Assembly: GCF_039654945.1 (NCBI RefSeq)
Contig: NW_027361688.1
Span: 54,870,001 to 54,934,000, forward strand
Length of the DNA: 64,000 nucleotides
DNA from: Dendrobates tinctorius
Taxonomy: Eukaryota
Reading direction: 5' to 3'
The notes beneath the pieces are model-generated. The model saw nothing but the letters and a program-made list of their open reading frames with translations, had not been told where the DNA came from and did not search any database. Shown here piece after piece: positions 26,863 through 39,135 of this stretch. Numbering within the stretch: the stretch's first letter is position 1; the number at the start of each line of letters is the position of its first letter. The position numbers and the translations under genes are program-made.

Positions 26863-28064
26863 TGATATGTACAAACAGACAGAGTAGCTCCCAGTTTTAT
26901 ACATACAAATTTCAAATATTGGCGCCAATGGTCACATGTTACAGGGAAAGAATGTCAAAGGTCATCAGTACCAAAAAAATGTACAGAAAAATGTTTAAAA
27001 CTGCATTGTTTCTACCTTAATACATTCTCTTAAATTATTTATTTGCAGGTCATAAAAAGAAAAAGAAGAATAAATGAAAAAAGCAATGAAATAAATATAT
27101 AAAAATATGCTAGAACTTATAAAAAAGGAAGAAGGAGCAGTAAATCACAGCTCAGACCATCATCCTAAATGGGCAGACGAAAGAGAACGAGAAAAAAAGA
27201 AAAGAAGAAAATGATGGATAATGAATATACATATATATATATATTAAAAAGATTCTTTTATTCAATATAATAAAAATGTTTTAAAAGTTTTATATAAAAA
27301 TATTCGCATAATATGTACTTAATAAAAATTATTAGAGATAAAAATTTTTTTTTTTATGTGTATTTTGTATTTAAAAATTTCTTCTTTTTGTCTTCTTTTT
27401 CTGTGAGCCATTGAGTTTTCACAGATGTCTTTGCAAACTTTTTTCATTAACCCCTATCATCCTGTACTTGTAAACGTGTACCTATAACTACAGTTTTTTA
27501 TCAATCACTTTTTAAATTGGTTAAATTTTTAAATACAAAATACACATAAAAAAAAAAAATTTTTTTTTTTTATCTCTAATAATTTTTATTAAGTACATAT
27601 TATGCGAATATTTTTATATAAAACTTTTAAAACATTTTTATTATATTGAATAAAAGAATCTTTTTAATATATATATATATGTATATTCATTATCCATCAT
27701 TTTCTTCTTTTCTTTTTTTCTCATTCTCTTTCATCTGGCCATTTAGGATGATGGTCTGAGCTGTGATTTACTGCTCCTTCTTCCTTTTTTATAAGTTCTA
27801 GCACAGGTCTATCATTTTATATTTTTATATATTTATTTCATTGCTTTTTTCATTTATTCTTCTTTTTCTTTTTATGACCTGCAAATAAATATTTTAAGAG
27901 AATGTATTAAGGTAGAAACAATGCAGTTTTAAACATTTTTTTGTACATTTTTTTGGTACTGATGACCTTTGACATTCTTTCCCTGTAACATGTGACCTTT
28001 GGCGCCAATATTTGAAATTTGTATGTATAAAACTGGGAGCTACTCTGTCTGTTTGTACATATCA

Positions 28065-28106
28065 TCCCCTGAGGAAGAAGTTTGAAACTTCGAAACGCGT
28101 TGGGGA
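28065..28106 (+). ncRNA. Minimal Penelope-type hammerhead ribozyme motif (mirror copy)
   Basis: tcccctgaggaagaagtttgaaacttcgaaacgcgttgggga. Confidence 0.65.
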
Positions 28107-30049
28107 AATAAAAGTATACAAGTACACAATCTGGAAAGGAGTCGTTTTGTCTAGCAGCGCACGGTTAATCCGAAAATTATTTCTTTGATATCTGATGATT
28201 TATGGTCACGGAGTGGCCATTTGGATGTGCAGCAGCTTTGACTTCTATTCCTTTATGCCTCCAACTCTCCTGCTATTGGTGAGTATAACAGCTTGAACTA
28301 TATCTCTTTTACCTGGGTAAGACCCTATTGCGCTCTTTCTATTTTAGTTTTAACCACTATCTCTGTAAATTAGAATACGTTATAATACCAGCTTGAAAAA
28401 ATTATTTTAAAATCTGAACTGTTGGCCTATGGAAATGTATGTTCAGTAAATGCACTCAATACTTGGTTGGGGCTCCTTTTGCATCAATTACTGCATCAAT
28501 GTGACATGGCAGGGAGGCAATCAGCCTGTGGCACTGCTGAGGTGTTATGGAAGCCCAGGTTGCTTTATAGCAGTCTTCAGCTCATCTGCATTGTTGGGTC
28601 TCTGGTGTCTCTCATCTTCCTCTTGACAATATCCCATAGATTCTCTATTGGGATTAGGTCAGGCGAGTTTGCTGGCCATCCAAGCACAGTGATACTGTTG
28701 TTTTTAAACCAGGTATTGTTCCTTTTGGTTGTGTGGACAGGTGTAAAGTCCTGCTGGAGAATAAAATTTCTGTCTCACAAAACTATCAATGATTGTGGAT
28801 ACTTCACACTAGACCTTGGGAATCAAGGTTCCAGAGTCTGGAGGAAGAGTGGAGAGGCACATAATCCAAGCTGCTTGAGGTCTAGTATGAAGTTTCCACA
28901 ATCAGTGAAGGTTTGGGGAGCCATTTCATCTGCTGGAATAGGTACAATCTGTTTTATCAAGATGAAAGTCAGTGCAGCCGTCTACCAGGAAATTTTTAAA
29001 GTACTTCGTGCTTCCCTCTGCCGACAAGCTTTTTGGAACTGGAAATTTCATTCTCCAGCAGGACTTGACACCTGTCCACACAACCAAAAGTACCAATACC
29101 TGGTTTAAAAACAACAGTATCACTGTGCTTGATTGGCCAGCAAACTATCCTGACCTTAACCCCATAGATTCATATGGGGTATTGTCAAGAGGAAGATGAA
29201 AGTCACCAGACCCAACAATGCAGATGAGCTGAAGGCTGCTATCAAAGCAACCTGGGCTTCCATAACACCTCAGCAGTGCCACAGGCTGATCGCCTCCATG
29301 CCACGTCACATTGATGCAGTATTTGATGACAAAGTAGCCCCGACCAAGTATTGAGTGCATTTACTGAACATACAGTTCAGTAGGCCAACATTTCGGATTT
29401 TAAAATCATTTTTTCAAGCTGGTGTTATAAAGTATTCTAATTTACTGAGATAATGACTTTGGGGTTTTCATTAGCTGTAAGCCATAATCATCAACATTAA
29501 CAGAAATAAACACTTGAAATAGATCACTCTGTTTGTAATGACTATATCTAATGTATGAGTTTCACTTTTTGTATTGAAGAACTGAAATAAATTAACTTTT
29601 TGCTGATATTCTAATTTTGTGAGATGCACCTGTATGTGAGCTTCACTGCCATCACCAGGTTATGCCCATTTTAACACACAACCATGCATGGTTTGAGGCT
29701 CATCAGCAAAAGCCACAGATCTATATGGTCTGTTATTCCTATAACTAACTGTGCCGCAGTGTGCAGCTTGTCTCCTTGACAAATTAGCTTCAGCGGAGCC
29801 TGAAATCCTCTATGTTGACAAGCCTAAACGGTAATATTTCAGCATCAAGCAGCCTGGAAATGTGTCTGTCTAGCATTTGGGCCTGTTGGTGGTGGCTGCA
29901 ATGTTTCTTTTTTATTTCAAGGCCTGGGGAAGGGACAGCTGAATGCTGTGTTGGGATAAAGACTTGGAAGTGCGTGATGATGCGTCAGAATATGCAAGAA
30001 GGTGCAAGGTGGGAGGCATTTGACTGATACATAGCCCTCATGTTTTTAA

Positions 30050-30500
30050 GTGTGCTTTAAAACACATCTCTTTAAACAAGCCTATCACCTCAACTCACTA
30101 ATCTTACTCTCCCCTGTTCCCTCCTTCTAAAAATTATTCAGAATCTGCTCCCTTCTATTCATCTGTCTCCACATCCTCCATATGGTAACTGCACTTGATA
30201 ATTGCACGTAAACATACTGGCTGATGATGGAATCTTGCAGCTTTATATGAAAATCCCTATTTATTAAAATTGCTGGATCTGAAATAACAAGCACTTTTCA
30301 CATATTGTATCCCACTCCCTCTTTCCTTGTACATTGTAAGCTTGCAAGCAGGGCCCTCAGTCCTATTGTATCTGTTTAAACTTTCTTACATTGTATTTAT
30401 TGTCTGTATGTGTCATTGGTTAATTGTAAAGTGCTGCGGCATATGTTGGCGCTATATAAATAACATGATTTTTATTATTATTATTATTATCATTATTAAA
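30050..30500 (+). mobile_element. L2-type 3' UTR fragment
   Basis: attgtaagcttgcaagcagggccctc...gtgctgcggcatatgttggcgctatataaa followed by an (ATT)n tail. Confidence 0.6.
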
Positions 30501-31682
30501 ATGAGCCCTTAGAAGAATTGATAGTATGATGGTTCAGCTTCAGCACCATTATCAACACTACAGGACTCAGATTCGTTATACTGTGCACAAAGGCCTAGAC
30601 AAGCACTCTCTCCCTCCTATAAGAACTGTCCCTGTGCTGTGCAATGGTATTAGTGTTGATCTTGGTGGCGCCTGTCTGTTTATAACCTCTGATGAGATAA
30701 TGCGGCCGGCCAATCACAGTAATGCCACTACCAAGTTGTGTATGGTATTCCAGTGGCTGGCAGGCAATCCTTGCATACTTAGTTGCTGTGTAGCAGGTGC
30801 CAAACATGTGTGACAGGGATTTGAGTATATTCAATCTGAGCACCAGTTAATGCTCGCCGAGTACCAAGCCCATGCGAGCACCCAGATACTGAAGTGATAT
30901 TGGAGTATCACCAAGCACGTTCGCTGATCCCTATCAATCACCATGTCCCACATTTCTTTATATCTTATAACCTAAAACCATATTTACATATACAGTGAAG
31001 CATTTTTAAAAGACTATGAGAGAATCACTCACATGCCAGAAACAGAAAACATCTCATGCACATCTCTCAATTGTCTCAAAACTCAAATTTGTCATGCAAA
31101 AACTGTACATTATATCAAGGATGCATGCAATTTACTAATACAAAAATGGGTTCTAGGCATCTTAGACCCTTCATCACTTTGAATACATACTCCAAGCACT
31201 TTTTCTGCTTTAAAAAAAAGCTTTACACATCTGCTAAATGTTTAACTTTTACAAAATACTATAAACTTTCAGTTGTAGTTAATTTACAGTATTAACATTT
31301 CCTAAAAATCCATATTAACACAGTCCATTATAATGAATTACCATTAAGAAAAATTTTAACATTGTCTTTGGGAAGTCCTTTACAAAGTTTTTCATAGAGG
31401 ATCCTTTAGAAAGCTAGAGGAAAGTTAAAAAGTGAGCTGTGGAAATTAGGAAATGTGAGCTCATTGTGTTTTCCATAATGTCCATTGTGCAAATGATGGT
31501 TACATATGCTCAAAATAAAAACAGAGTTAAATAATATTCTATTGTCATCACATGAAAAGCTGATAACCATAATTTTACTGCAAGTACATTCTGATTTTAA
31601 AATATTTCCTTCAGCAAATTAAATCTATGTTTATAAGACTTCAATAGGTAGAATCTGTAAGTCAAGTTTTACAATGACTCAC

Positions 31683-34106
31683 CTGTAAAGAGTTGTTAGC
31701 CGGCAAATAGTCTTCCAACATTTCATTACTGAGCCCAGAATCATCAGCATCAATGAGGTTATCAACAGGGACATTCTGATTTGCTTTCATGTAAGTAAAG
31801 TCATTTTCCGTAGAATCCAAAGCCACGCAGACATTGTATGAGTAGGGAAATGTTAATGTTCCTGTTGGGTTTTGAGTTAACATTCTAGGATCAACTTGTG
31901 GATATAAGTTTGAACTTAGAGGTCCAAACATTGGTAATGGCTTGGACTTTTTATACTTTGATATAATAACTAACAAAACTGTTATAATAAATAGTAAGGA
32001 TATTATAGCAAGACCAATTACTAAGTATAACTGTAAATTGGAATGTTGATCTTCATCGGTGAGTTTGTTCTGAAATTTAGGAGCAACTTGTTGGAAATTG
32101 TTGGCAATAACAAGATTAATGGTGACAGAAGATGAAAGACAGGGATGCCCACTGTCCTTCACAATCACCACTACCTTTTTGTGTAATGTATCCTTCTCTT
32201 GAAAGATGCGTGATGTCCTGATTTCTCCATTATGCTGGCTGATTGTGAAGTATGGTGACTCAATAACTGGCAAAAAAGTGTAAGATAGTAACGCATTATG
32301 GCCAGCATCTGCATCCACTGCCACCACCTTGGTAATCAAAGAGCCTGGTTCAGATGCAAAAGGGACCATCTCAAACATAGTTGATCCATCACTTTCTAGA
32401 GATGGGTACAAGATTTTGGGAGCGTTATCATTCTGATCTACTATACGTATAGTTAGTGTTGTATTGCTGCTCAGCGATGGGGATCCATTATCACTTGCTG
32501 ACACTTGTATTAGAAACTCATTCTGTTGCTCATAATCAAATGATCTCTGAGCATAGAGAACTCCAGTCTCAATATTAATGGAAAGGTAAGCCGTGACTGG
32601 AAGATCAGTATCAACATTGGAAATTGAATAAATAATTTTAGCATTGTCTCCAGTATCAAGATCATTGGCTTGAATACTGAATATTGAAGCTCCTGCTAAG
32701 TTGTTCTCTTGCACATAAGCTATGTAAGTTGATTTATTAAACATGGGTGGGTTGTCATTGACATCTGATATCTCCAAGATGATGGATTTTCTACTGGAAA
32801 GTGGAGGTGATCCTCTATCAGTAGCTAAAATTGTGATATTGTAGGTAGATACTTTTTCCCTGTCCAAAGAACCAACAGTAACAAGTCTGAAATAACTGGC
32901 AGATGATGATAATAAACTAAAAGCTCCTCCATCCGTAAGTTTGCAGTCCACTTCTCTGTTTTCCCCAGAATCCCGATCATTCACTTTAATGAGAGCGATT
33001 ATGGTTCCTGGTGTAGAATCTTCAGGAATCGGAGAAGACAATGATGTGAGGGATATCTCAGGAGCATTGTCATTCTCGTCTACAACTTCTATCAGTACTT
33101 TACAATGCGCCATGAGGCCTCCACCATCCTTTGCTTGAACAGATATTTCATAATTTTGTGTTAATTCAAAATCCAATTTACTATGTGTTTTAATTTCTCC
33201 GGTCACAGGGTGGATACTGAATATTCCAGAACGATGGACATTTCCAGATGTTTTACTAAAGGAATATGTGATCTGTCCATTGACCCCTTCATCCTTGTCT
33301 GTGGCATTCACTGTGATTATTGTGGTATTTATTGGTGTATTCTCATTTACACTGACTTTATATATTGACTGGGTGAATATTGGGAAGTTATCATTAGCAT
33401 CAGTAACAATGATGCTTATTAAGGCAGTTCCAGATCTCACAGGTTTGCCTCCATCCATAGCTGTTAATATAAGCTCATGAAGACTCTGTGTCTCCCTATC
33501 TAATGGCTTCTCTAGAACAAGCTCTAGAAATTTACTACCATCTGCATTTCTGTCTTCACTCAGTGTAAAATACTGATTATCACTGAGTTTATATGTCTGC
33601 ACAGAATTAGAGCCAATATCTGGATCTTCTGCCATCTGTAAAGCAAATCTGGTCCCTGCTGATGTTAGTTCAATAGTCTCTACAGAAAACATGTCAGGGA
33701 AGAATGCAGGAGAATTATCATTTATATCCTGAATTTCAATCTCAACACTGAAAACATTTAGAGGGTTTTCAATCACAGCATCAAAAGTTATGTAGCACGG
33801 AGCTGCTGCCCCACACAATGTCTCTCTGTCTATCCTGTCCTTAGTATACAATTTTCCATTATCCAGATTTACATAGAAATATCTCCCTGGAGCGTCAGAT
33901 ACAATCCTCAATTTTCTAGATGAGAGTTGCTTAATATCTAATCCAAGGTCATCTGCAATATTTGCTATAACAGAGTCTTTCCTCATCTCTTCTACAATGG
34001 AATAGTGAATCTGACCTGAGACTGAATGACACAGCCAAGAAAGCAATACAGAAATGGTTACTTGCCATCTGAGTCCTTTGTATATTTGATGGAAAGGATG
34101 TGTCAT
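31683..34106 (-). CDS. pcdhg: Protocadherin-gamma variable exon 4
   Basis: Intact 814-aa ORF with six cadherin repeats and TM. Donor CAG|GTGAGT at 31683/31682. Confidence 0.95.
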
Positions 34107-34315
34107 TCTTCAACCTTGCGATTTTCTGCAGAGCAATCCACTTGATTGTAATCCACTGGTAAATCAATCCAAAGAATCCACTTGTTTGATAAGAAAAAAG
34201 GAAATATCCAGTTTGCTATAGAGAAAATCTAAAATGTGTCTGTGCCTCCTCTTGCAGATCTTCAGTGTGAGTGAGAAAAATACCAGTGGCGCTCCAGTTC
34301 TGTATTCTTCTCCTT

Positions 34316-34360
34316 ATTGGTTAAACAGCGGCGCTCAGAGGTGAAAGTGAAGAACTGCAG
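34316..34360 (-). promoter_or_regulatory. Pcdh promoter CSE plus CCAAT box, exon 4
   Basis: + strand attggttaaacagcggcgctcagaggtgaaagtgaagaactgcag. Confidence 0.9.
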
Positions 34361-35245
34361 CACTGAATTACTATATTTATATTACATGTTTATAAAACCA
34401 TGTTTTAGCATTTTTTGAACTTAAGCAATGTATGCAATAAAAAAGTTGCATAAAGTAAATAATTATTTGAAATAATTTGTGATCGCTGTACACATTTTAG
34501 GATGTGGCAAAAGAAAATCTTAGCGATTTGCTACATGACTTTCATCAACATATTTACACAATTCAAACAGTTCAGTGTTTGACTAAACATTTATAAGTAT
34601 TCAACTTTGATGAAGGAGTTATTATTTTATTTTTTAATATTTGCAATCTTTTTTAAGTAAAATTAAATTATAAGTCTGTTATTATATCTTTATACAGTCA
34701 ATAATATCTTATAACAAGAATCCCATCGAAACCATTCTCTGTTATAAAGTTGAAGAACCTGTTAAAGCGTATTTTCTCATGATCATAAATGGGTAAAATT
34801 GTAATAGGAAGCAACATTTCATTTTATTATTTAAGAACGGCGAGGATTTTAAATTATGTATATTGTTCATTGCCTAGAGAAAATATCTGACTGCTAGAAA
34901 CATTGAAGACTGCTCTGTTTGGAGGAACACAACAACCATGGTGGTGTCCGAAATATCAAGTAGGAAGGCAGGAGGGACCGGAATGTTGCGCTCCTGAAAA
35001 TAAGAAATTAGAAAATCCCTTTTAATTTAATTAATTTAATAATGTTATTTAAGCTGCAGAGAAGGAAAATGTAATATCACATTCCTTTTTACAGTACACA
35101 ATAGTTGTGTCCATATAATGTACAATTTCGTATCAGAAACTAACAATGTTCGGAATGAAAACTTATTTTTCATTTTATTTTACTTCCATAATATAGTCTG
35201 AAAATAAAATCTAGATTTAATATGAAATATTACTACAATTTATAA

Positions 35246-35745
35246 GGCTGGTTTCACATTTGCGCTTTATAGCGCAGCGACGGCCTGCGCACGGCTGCCG
35301 CTAAGCCCCGCCTCCTCCCAGCTCCCTGCCCGCCCCATCCGGTCATCGCCGCCTACTAGCGCACATGGACGCTTGCGAACTGTGCCCCCTGTCTTTAGCA
35401 TAGGGTGCACAGATCGTGCGCTGGCCGTGCGCTAGCAGGATTTTGCCGTGTGCTGCGCACTTTTGAAGGTGCGCCGTGCGCGCCGAAATGCAACATGCTG
35501 CGTTCGGCGCACACGGGCGCACCTTCAAAAGTGCGCAGCGCACGGCCAAATCCTGCTAGCGCACGGCCAGCGCACGATATGCGCACCCTATGCTAAAGAT
35601 AGGGTGGGCAGATCGCAAGTGTCCATGTGCGCTAGTAGGCGGTGATGACCGGATGGGGCGGGCAGGGAGCTGGGAGGGGGCGGGGATTATCGGCGGCCGT
35701 GCGCAGGCCGTCGCTGCACTATAAAGCGCAAATGTGAAACCGGCC
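35246..35745. mobile_element. PIF/Harbinger-type MITE, 500-bp CpG-rich palindrome
   Basis: TAA|GGCTGGTTTCACATTTGCGC...GCGCAAATGTGAAACCGGCC|TAA; arms are complementary almost to the centre. Confidence 0.85.
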
Positions 35746-37678
35746 TAAAATATACAAAAGCTATTAAAGGATTTTTATTCTTATAAATTAACTTTTTTCT
35801 TCACATTTGTCTAGTTGGATTGGAATAGCTTTGATTAAGGGCTTGCCATCACTGATGAAATTTAGCAAATTGCATACGTGCGGTCATTTAATGATCCCTG
35901 GAATATTCAAGTTTTGCAGCATCCTAACAGAGTGAGCATTACGCACAGCTATGATTTTGCAATGAAAGTGGATATCTATGTGTTATGTTGGTTTTGCTAG
36001 TATGGAAAGAGGTCTCTGTTATATTTGTATGTAATAGATATATGAAATCAGTCTCTTACTAATATCACTTTCAACTAGGCTTATACAGTTATGGAACAAG
36101 ATACTGTGCTTAGCAGATTACTGGGAATGCTCTGATGTTCACCCTTCCACACCTAAAAGAGATCTGGCCATTGTAGCAAAGGTCCACAAAGTAGCTACTG
36201 GCTGGTGGAACAAATTGGCAGCAGGACTTTCAACAAATTAGAGCACGTCAGTAGGATAGTCATGGTCATGTCCAAGTCATTAGGCAGAGCCAGTTGGCTA
36301 GAGAAAGGTCACACAAATAAAGATCAACCCAAATAAGCATTCAAGTAAACAGATGAGTTGTGATTTTATGAGCCAACTCAGGAAGCAGAATATCAAATGG
36401 GAAATTTGGCACCAGAGAAGTAATACAACTCAGTAACTGGCATCAATATGTTGTCAAGACAGGACTTAAAGTACCATGCCCTAAACTAAGTCCAGCTATT
36501 GGTCAGATATTGCACATGCTCGTGGGCCCTGCCATTAACAACTACCTATTTAGCATTCTTAAAAATAGAACTAAGTGGCTAAGAAGTGTTAATTCCCCCC
36601 CAGCAAGGGGCAAAGATAATGGGGCTTGTCTGGCCATGGTATTGAAAAGAGCAGGACATTGGTGGGCGATATCTGTTATGCTCAGCCAGAGGATAAATCT
36701 CGCTGGTCAGGAAGCGCTCAGCAGAGCTATGGTGTCACTGCCACAACCTTGGTGCCAAGCATCGCCTGCCGAATCAGAGCCACAGTGCCTGACAGCGGTG
36801 AATAGGTGACAACATGTATTTGTTTTCTAATACAAGAAATTAGTATAAAAAAGATAGAACAAGTCACAATATGATTAAATACATAATAACAGGTACAAAG
36901 CCAATATTATGATACAGCTATCTGCTAAAGACAATTTAACAGCTTACAACATTACTAAAATTGTTTAATTTCTTTCTTAAAATAAAAAACACTCCACATT
37001 TTTCTTTGCCTATTTCTTGTGTAATGTTTAATTGCACAGAGGCTTTCTTGAAAATCCCTTTATTGTTTTCATGTAGTAAAAAGAGATAGTAGACCATAAT
37101 ACTGACAATGTTATATGATGTCTTCATAATGTGCAAAAACTGAGCTTTTAACCAACTTTTGCTGTTGTAGTTTTTTGTCCCGCTTTATCTACTTTCATTC
37201 TGGAGATCCCCTGCTATCTTCCACATGGCTTGAAATGGCCCCGAAGTGAGTGTAGAAGATAGCACAATTGTCACTGCACAACAACTATATCATTACCAAG
37301 CAAGACTGTCTTGACAAAACCAGGATTCTGCATCTCTATAACTCCTTTTGTGACTACCAATGAGCAAAAATTTACAACAATGGAGGCTGTCGTTGAAGGA
37401 TCAAAGTAAAAAAATGTGGAATTTATTCACCAATCTAGGTACAATGCTTTCATCTTTACTTTATTAACAATTAATAAAGGCTTTATTTGGAAAGCTGAAA
37501 CATTGCACCTAATAAAGTAAAATTTTTTTTCACTTGGATCCCTTGAAGGCCACCTCCATTTTTGTTTTTTTCTATATCTAGAAATCTACAGCCCTAGGAG
37601 GGATTACACCATTGACAGAAAACTATGCTTCTATTTTTCATTTCATACATCAGTGAGCACAGATATAAATGTTAAGAA

Positions 37679-37989
37679 TAGTGATGAGCGAGTATACTTG
37701 TTACTCGAGTTTTCCGAGCATGCTCGGGTGTTTGCCGAGTATCTTGGGTGTGCTCGTAAATTATGTTTGTGTCTCCACAGCTGCATGATTTGTGGCTGTT
37801 AGACAACCTGAACACATGCAGGGATTGCCTGTTTGTTAGAGAATCCCCACATGTATTCAGGCTGTCTAGCAGCCGCAAATCATGCAGCTGCAGAGACACA
37901 AACATAATATACGAGCATGCCCAAGTTACTTGGAGAACACCAGACAATACTCGGAAAGCTCGAGTAACGAGAACACTCCCTCATCACTA
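37679..37989. mobile_element. hAT MITE (palindromic)
   Basis: TAGTGATGAG...CTCATCACTA; 8-bp TSD GTTAAGAA. Confidence 0.9.
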
Positions 37990-38506
37990 GTTAAGAAGAG
38001 TAAAGTATCAGAATATTCACTAGCAGGGGGTAAATGCACAACTGTTGAGTAGTCATACTAAGCATCTCTTAAATTTAAAATGTAAAAATGCTCATTGGAT
38101 TATTTGTTTATAGGTCAAAAGTCTAAAACTGCACTTTTGACTTCTGTCAGATGGGCTTAAATAATGATGGGTTTATATAATGATTAATTTCAATATTTGG
38201 ACACACACAAATATACACTTTAACTTGCAAGCTTGTCATCCAGGAGGTGAATTGATAGGAACAAATTGAGGTGTAGAATTTTTCTTTTATTGCCAAATTA
38301 CTTATTAAGATCCCACTTTTCCCTAACTAGTTCACCTTCTCAACTCCCCATTTCTCCCTCCTTTATGTCCCCATTTCTTGCATTTACACACTCAGTCCCC
38401 TCCACTCAAATGAAGACATTGCTTGTTTCTTGGAGGACTTTGGTGGTTTTAGCAGTGATATGAATTTTTTTCCTATTCTTTCAGAAGCCCTGGATGTCTG
38501 CCCTTA

Positions 38507-38887
38507 AGGCCCCGCCTCATTTAGTGATGCACCAGCAATCCCGACCACGATATGACCCGGTCAGGATTGCTGGTCCATCGCTAAATGGTCGCCAGTGAGC
38601 AGCCAAACAGGCAGATCTCACAAGCGATGCAGCAGCGGTCAGCAGTCGATACTTACCTGTCGCATGCAGCGAGGGTGACGTTTCTGCCCGCGTCCATGGC
38701 TCGCTCGTCGGCGCCAGCAGGAAGCCGACGACGAGAAATGGACCAGGCCGATCTCGTGCGATCACCGATAACCAGCGGGGGAGCCGGTCGGAGGTGAGTG
38801 TCACATGTAGTGATATTGCTAGTGATATCGCTGCTGCGTCACAAAATCGGTGACACTTTAGCGATATCGCTATTTGTAAAAGACCCT
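38507..38887. mobile_element. Decayed Harbinger-like MITE (CpG-rich)
   Basis: TTA-flanked AGG...CCT ends and repeated gcgatatcgct motifs. Confidence 0.5.
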
Positions 38888-39135
38888 TTACTCTGGGAAA
38901 CTCCAGGTCATTCTGGGAGATTTGGCAAATATTTGGTTACTGAATCTGGCAGATTTTACACACAAGAATGTGAATAATGTATCAAAAATAATTTATCTTC
39001 TCCATCTGGACAGTAAAATTATTGAATATATATTTGGAAGAGCAACAAGCTAAAGGAAATACTATATATCTCAATACTTAGATAAATAAAACTACTCAGC
39101 ATTGAATGTAGAAAATCTCATCCGGTTTCACTTAC

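Larger units (their letters stand above)
26745..28357. mobile_element. Penelope-like retroelement remnant forming a long inverted repeat, inserted into a Tc1 TIR
   Basis: Arms 26742-27380 and 27523-28193 are near-identical reverse complements, each with a minimal hammerhead. A 17-bp TSD TATCTC(A/T)GTAAATTAGA lies at 26728-26744 and 28358-28374. Confidence 0.7.
26548..29632 (+). mobile_element. Non-autonomous, fold-back Tc1-family DNA transposon
   Basis: TIRs CAGGTGCATCTCACAAAATTAGAATATCA; TA on the right flank and CA on the left. Transposase fragments VWGAIS, FILQQDL and WPANYPDLNPI. 28375-28770 mirrors about 29040-29440. Confidence 0.85.
25330..30040 (-). mobile_element. Decayed hAT transposase remnant, interrupted by the SINE and the Tc1 element
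   Basis: Minus-strand translations give IPCLAHMLNLV (CxxH, about 26515-26545), CDIPMHWNST (TRWNST-like, about 26341-26370), MVVC*NGHNLV (about 29650-29690) and YWLFTLLHP (about 25480-25510). Boundaries are approximate. Confidence 0.65.

Noticed and set aside
35343-35645. Mirror-image small ORFs on both strands
   Set aside because: A consequence of the GC-rich MITE palindrome.
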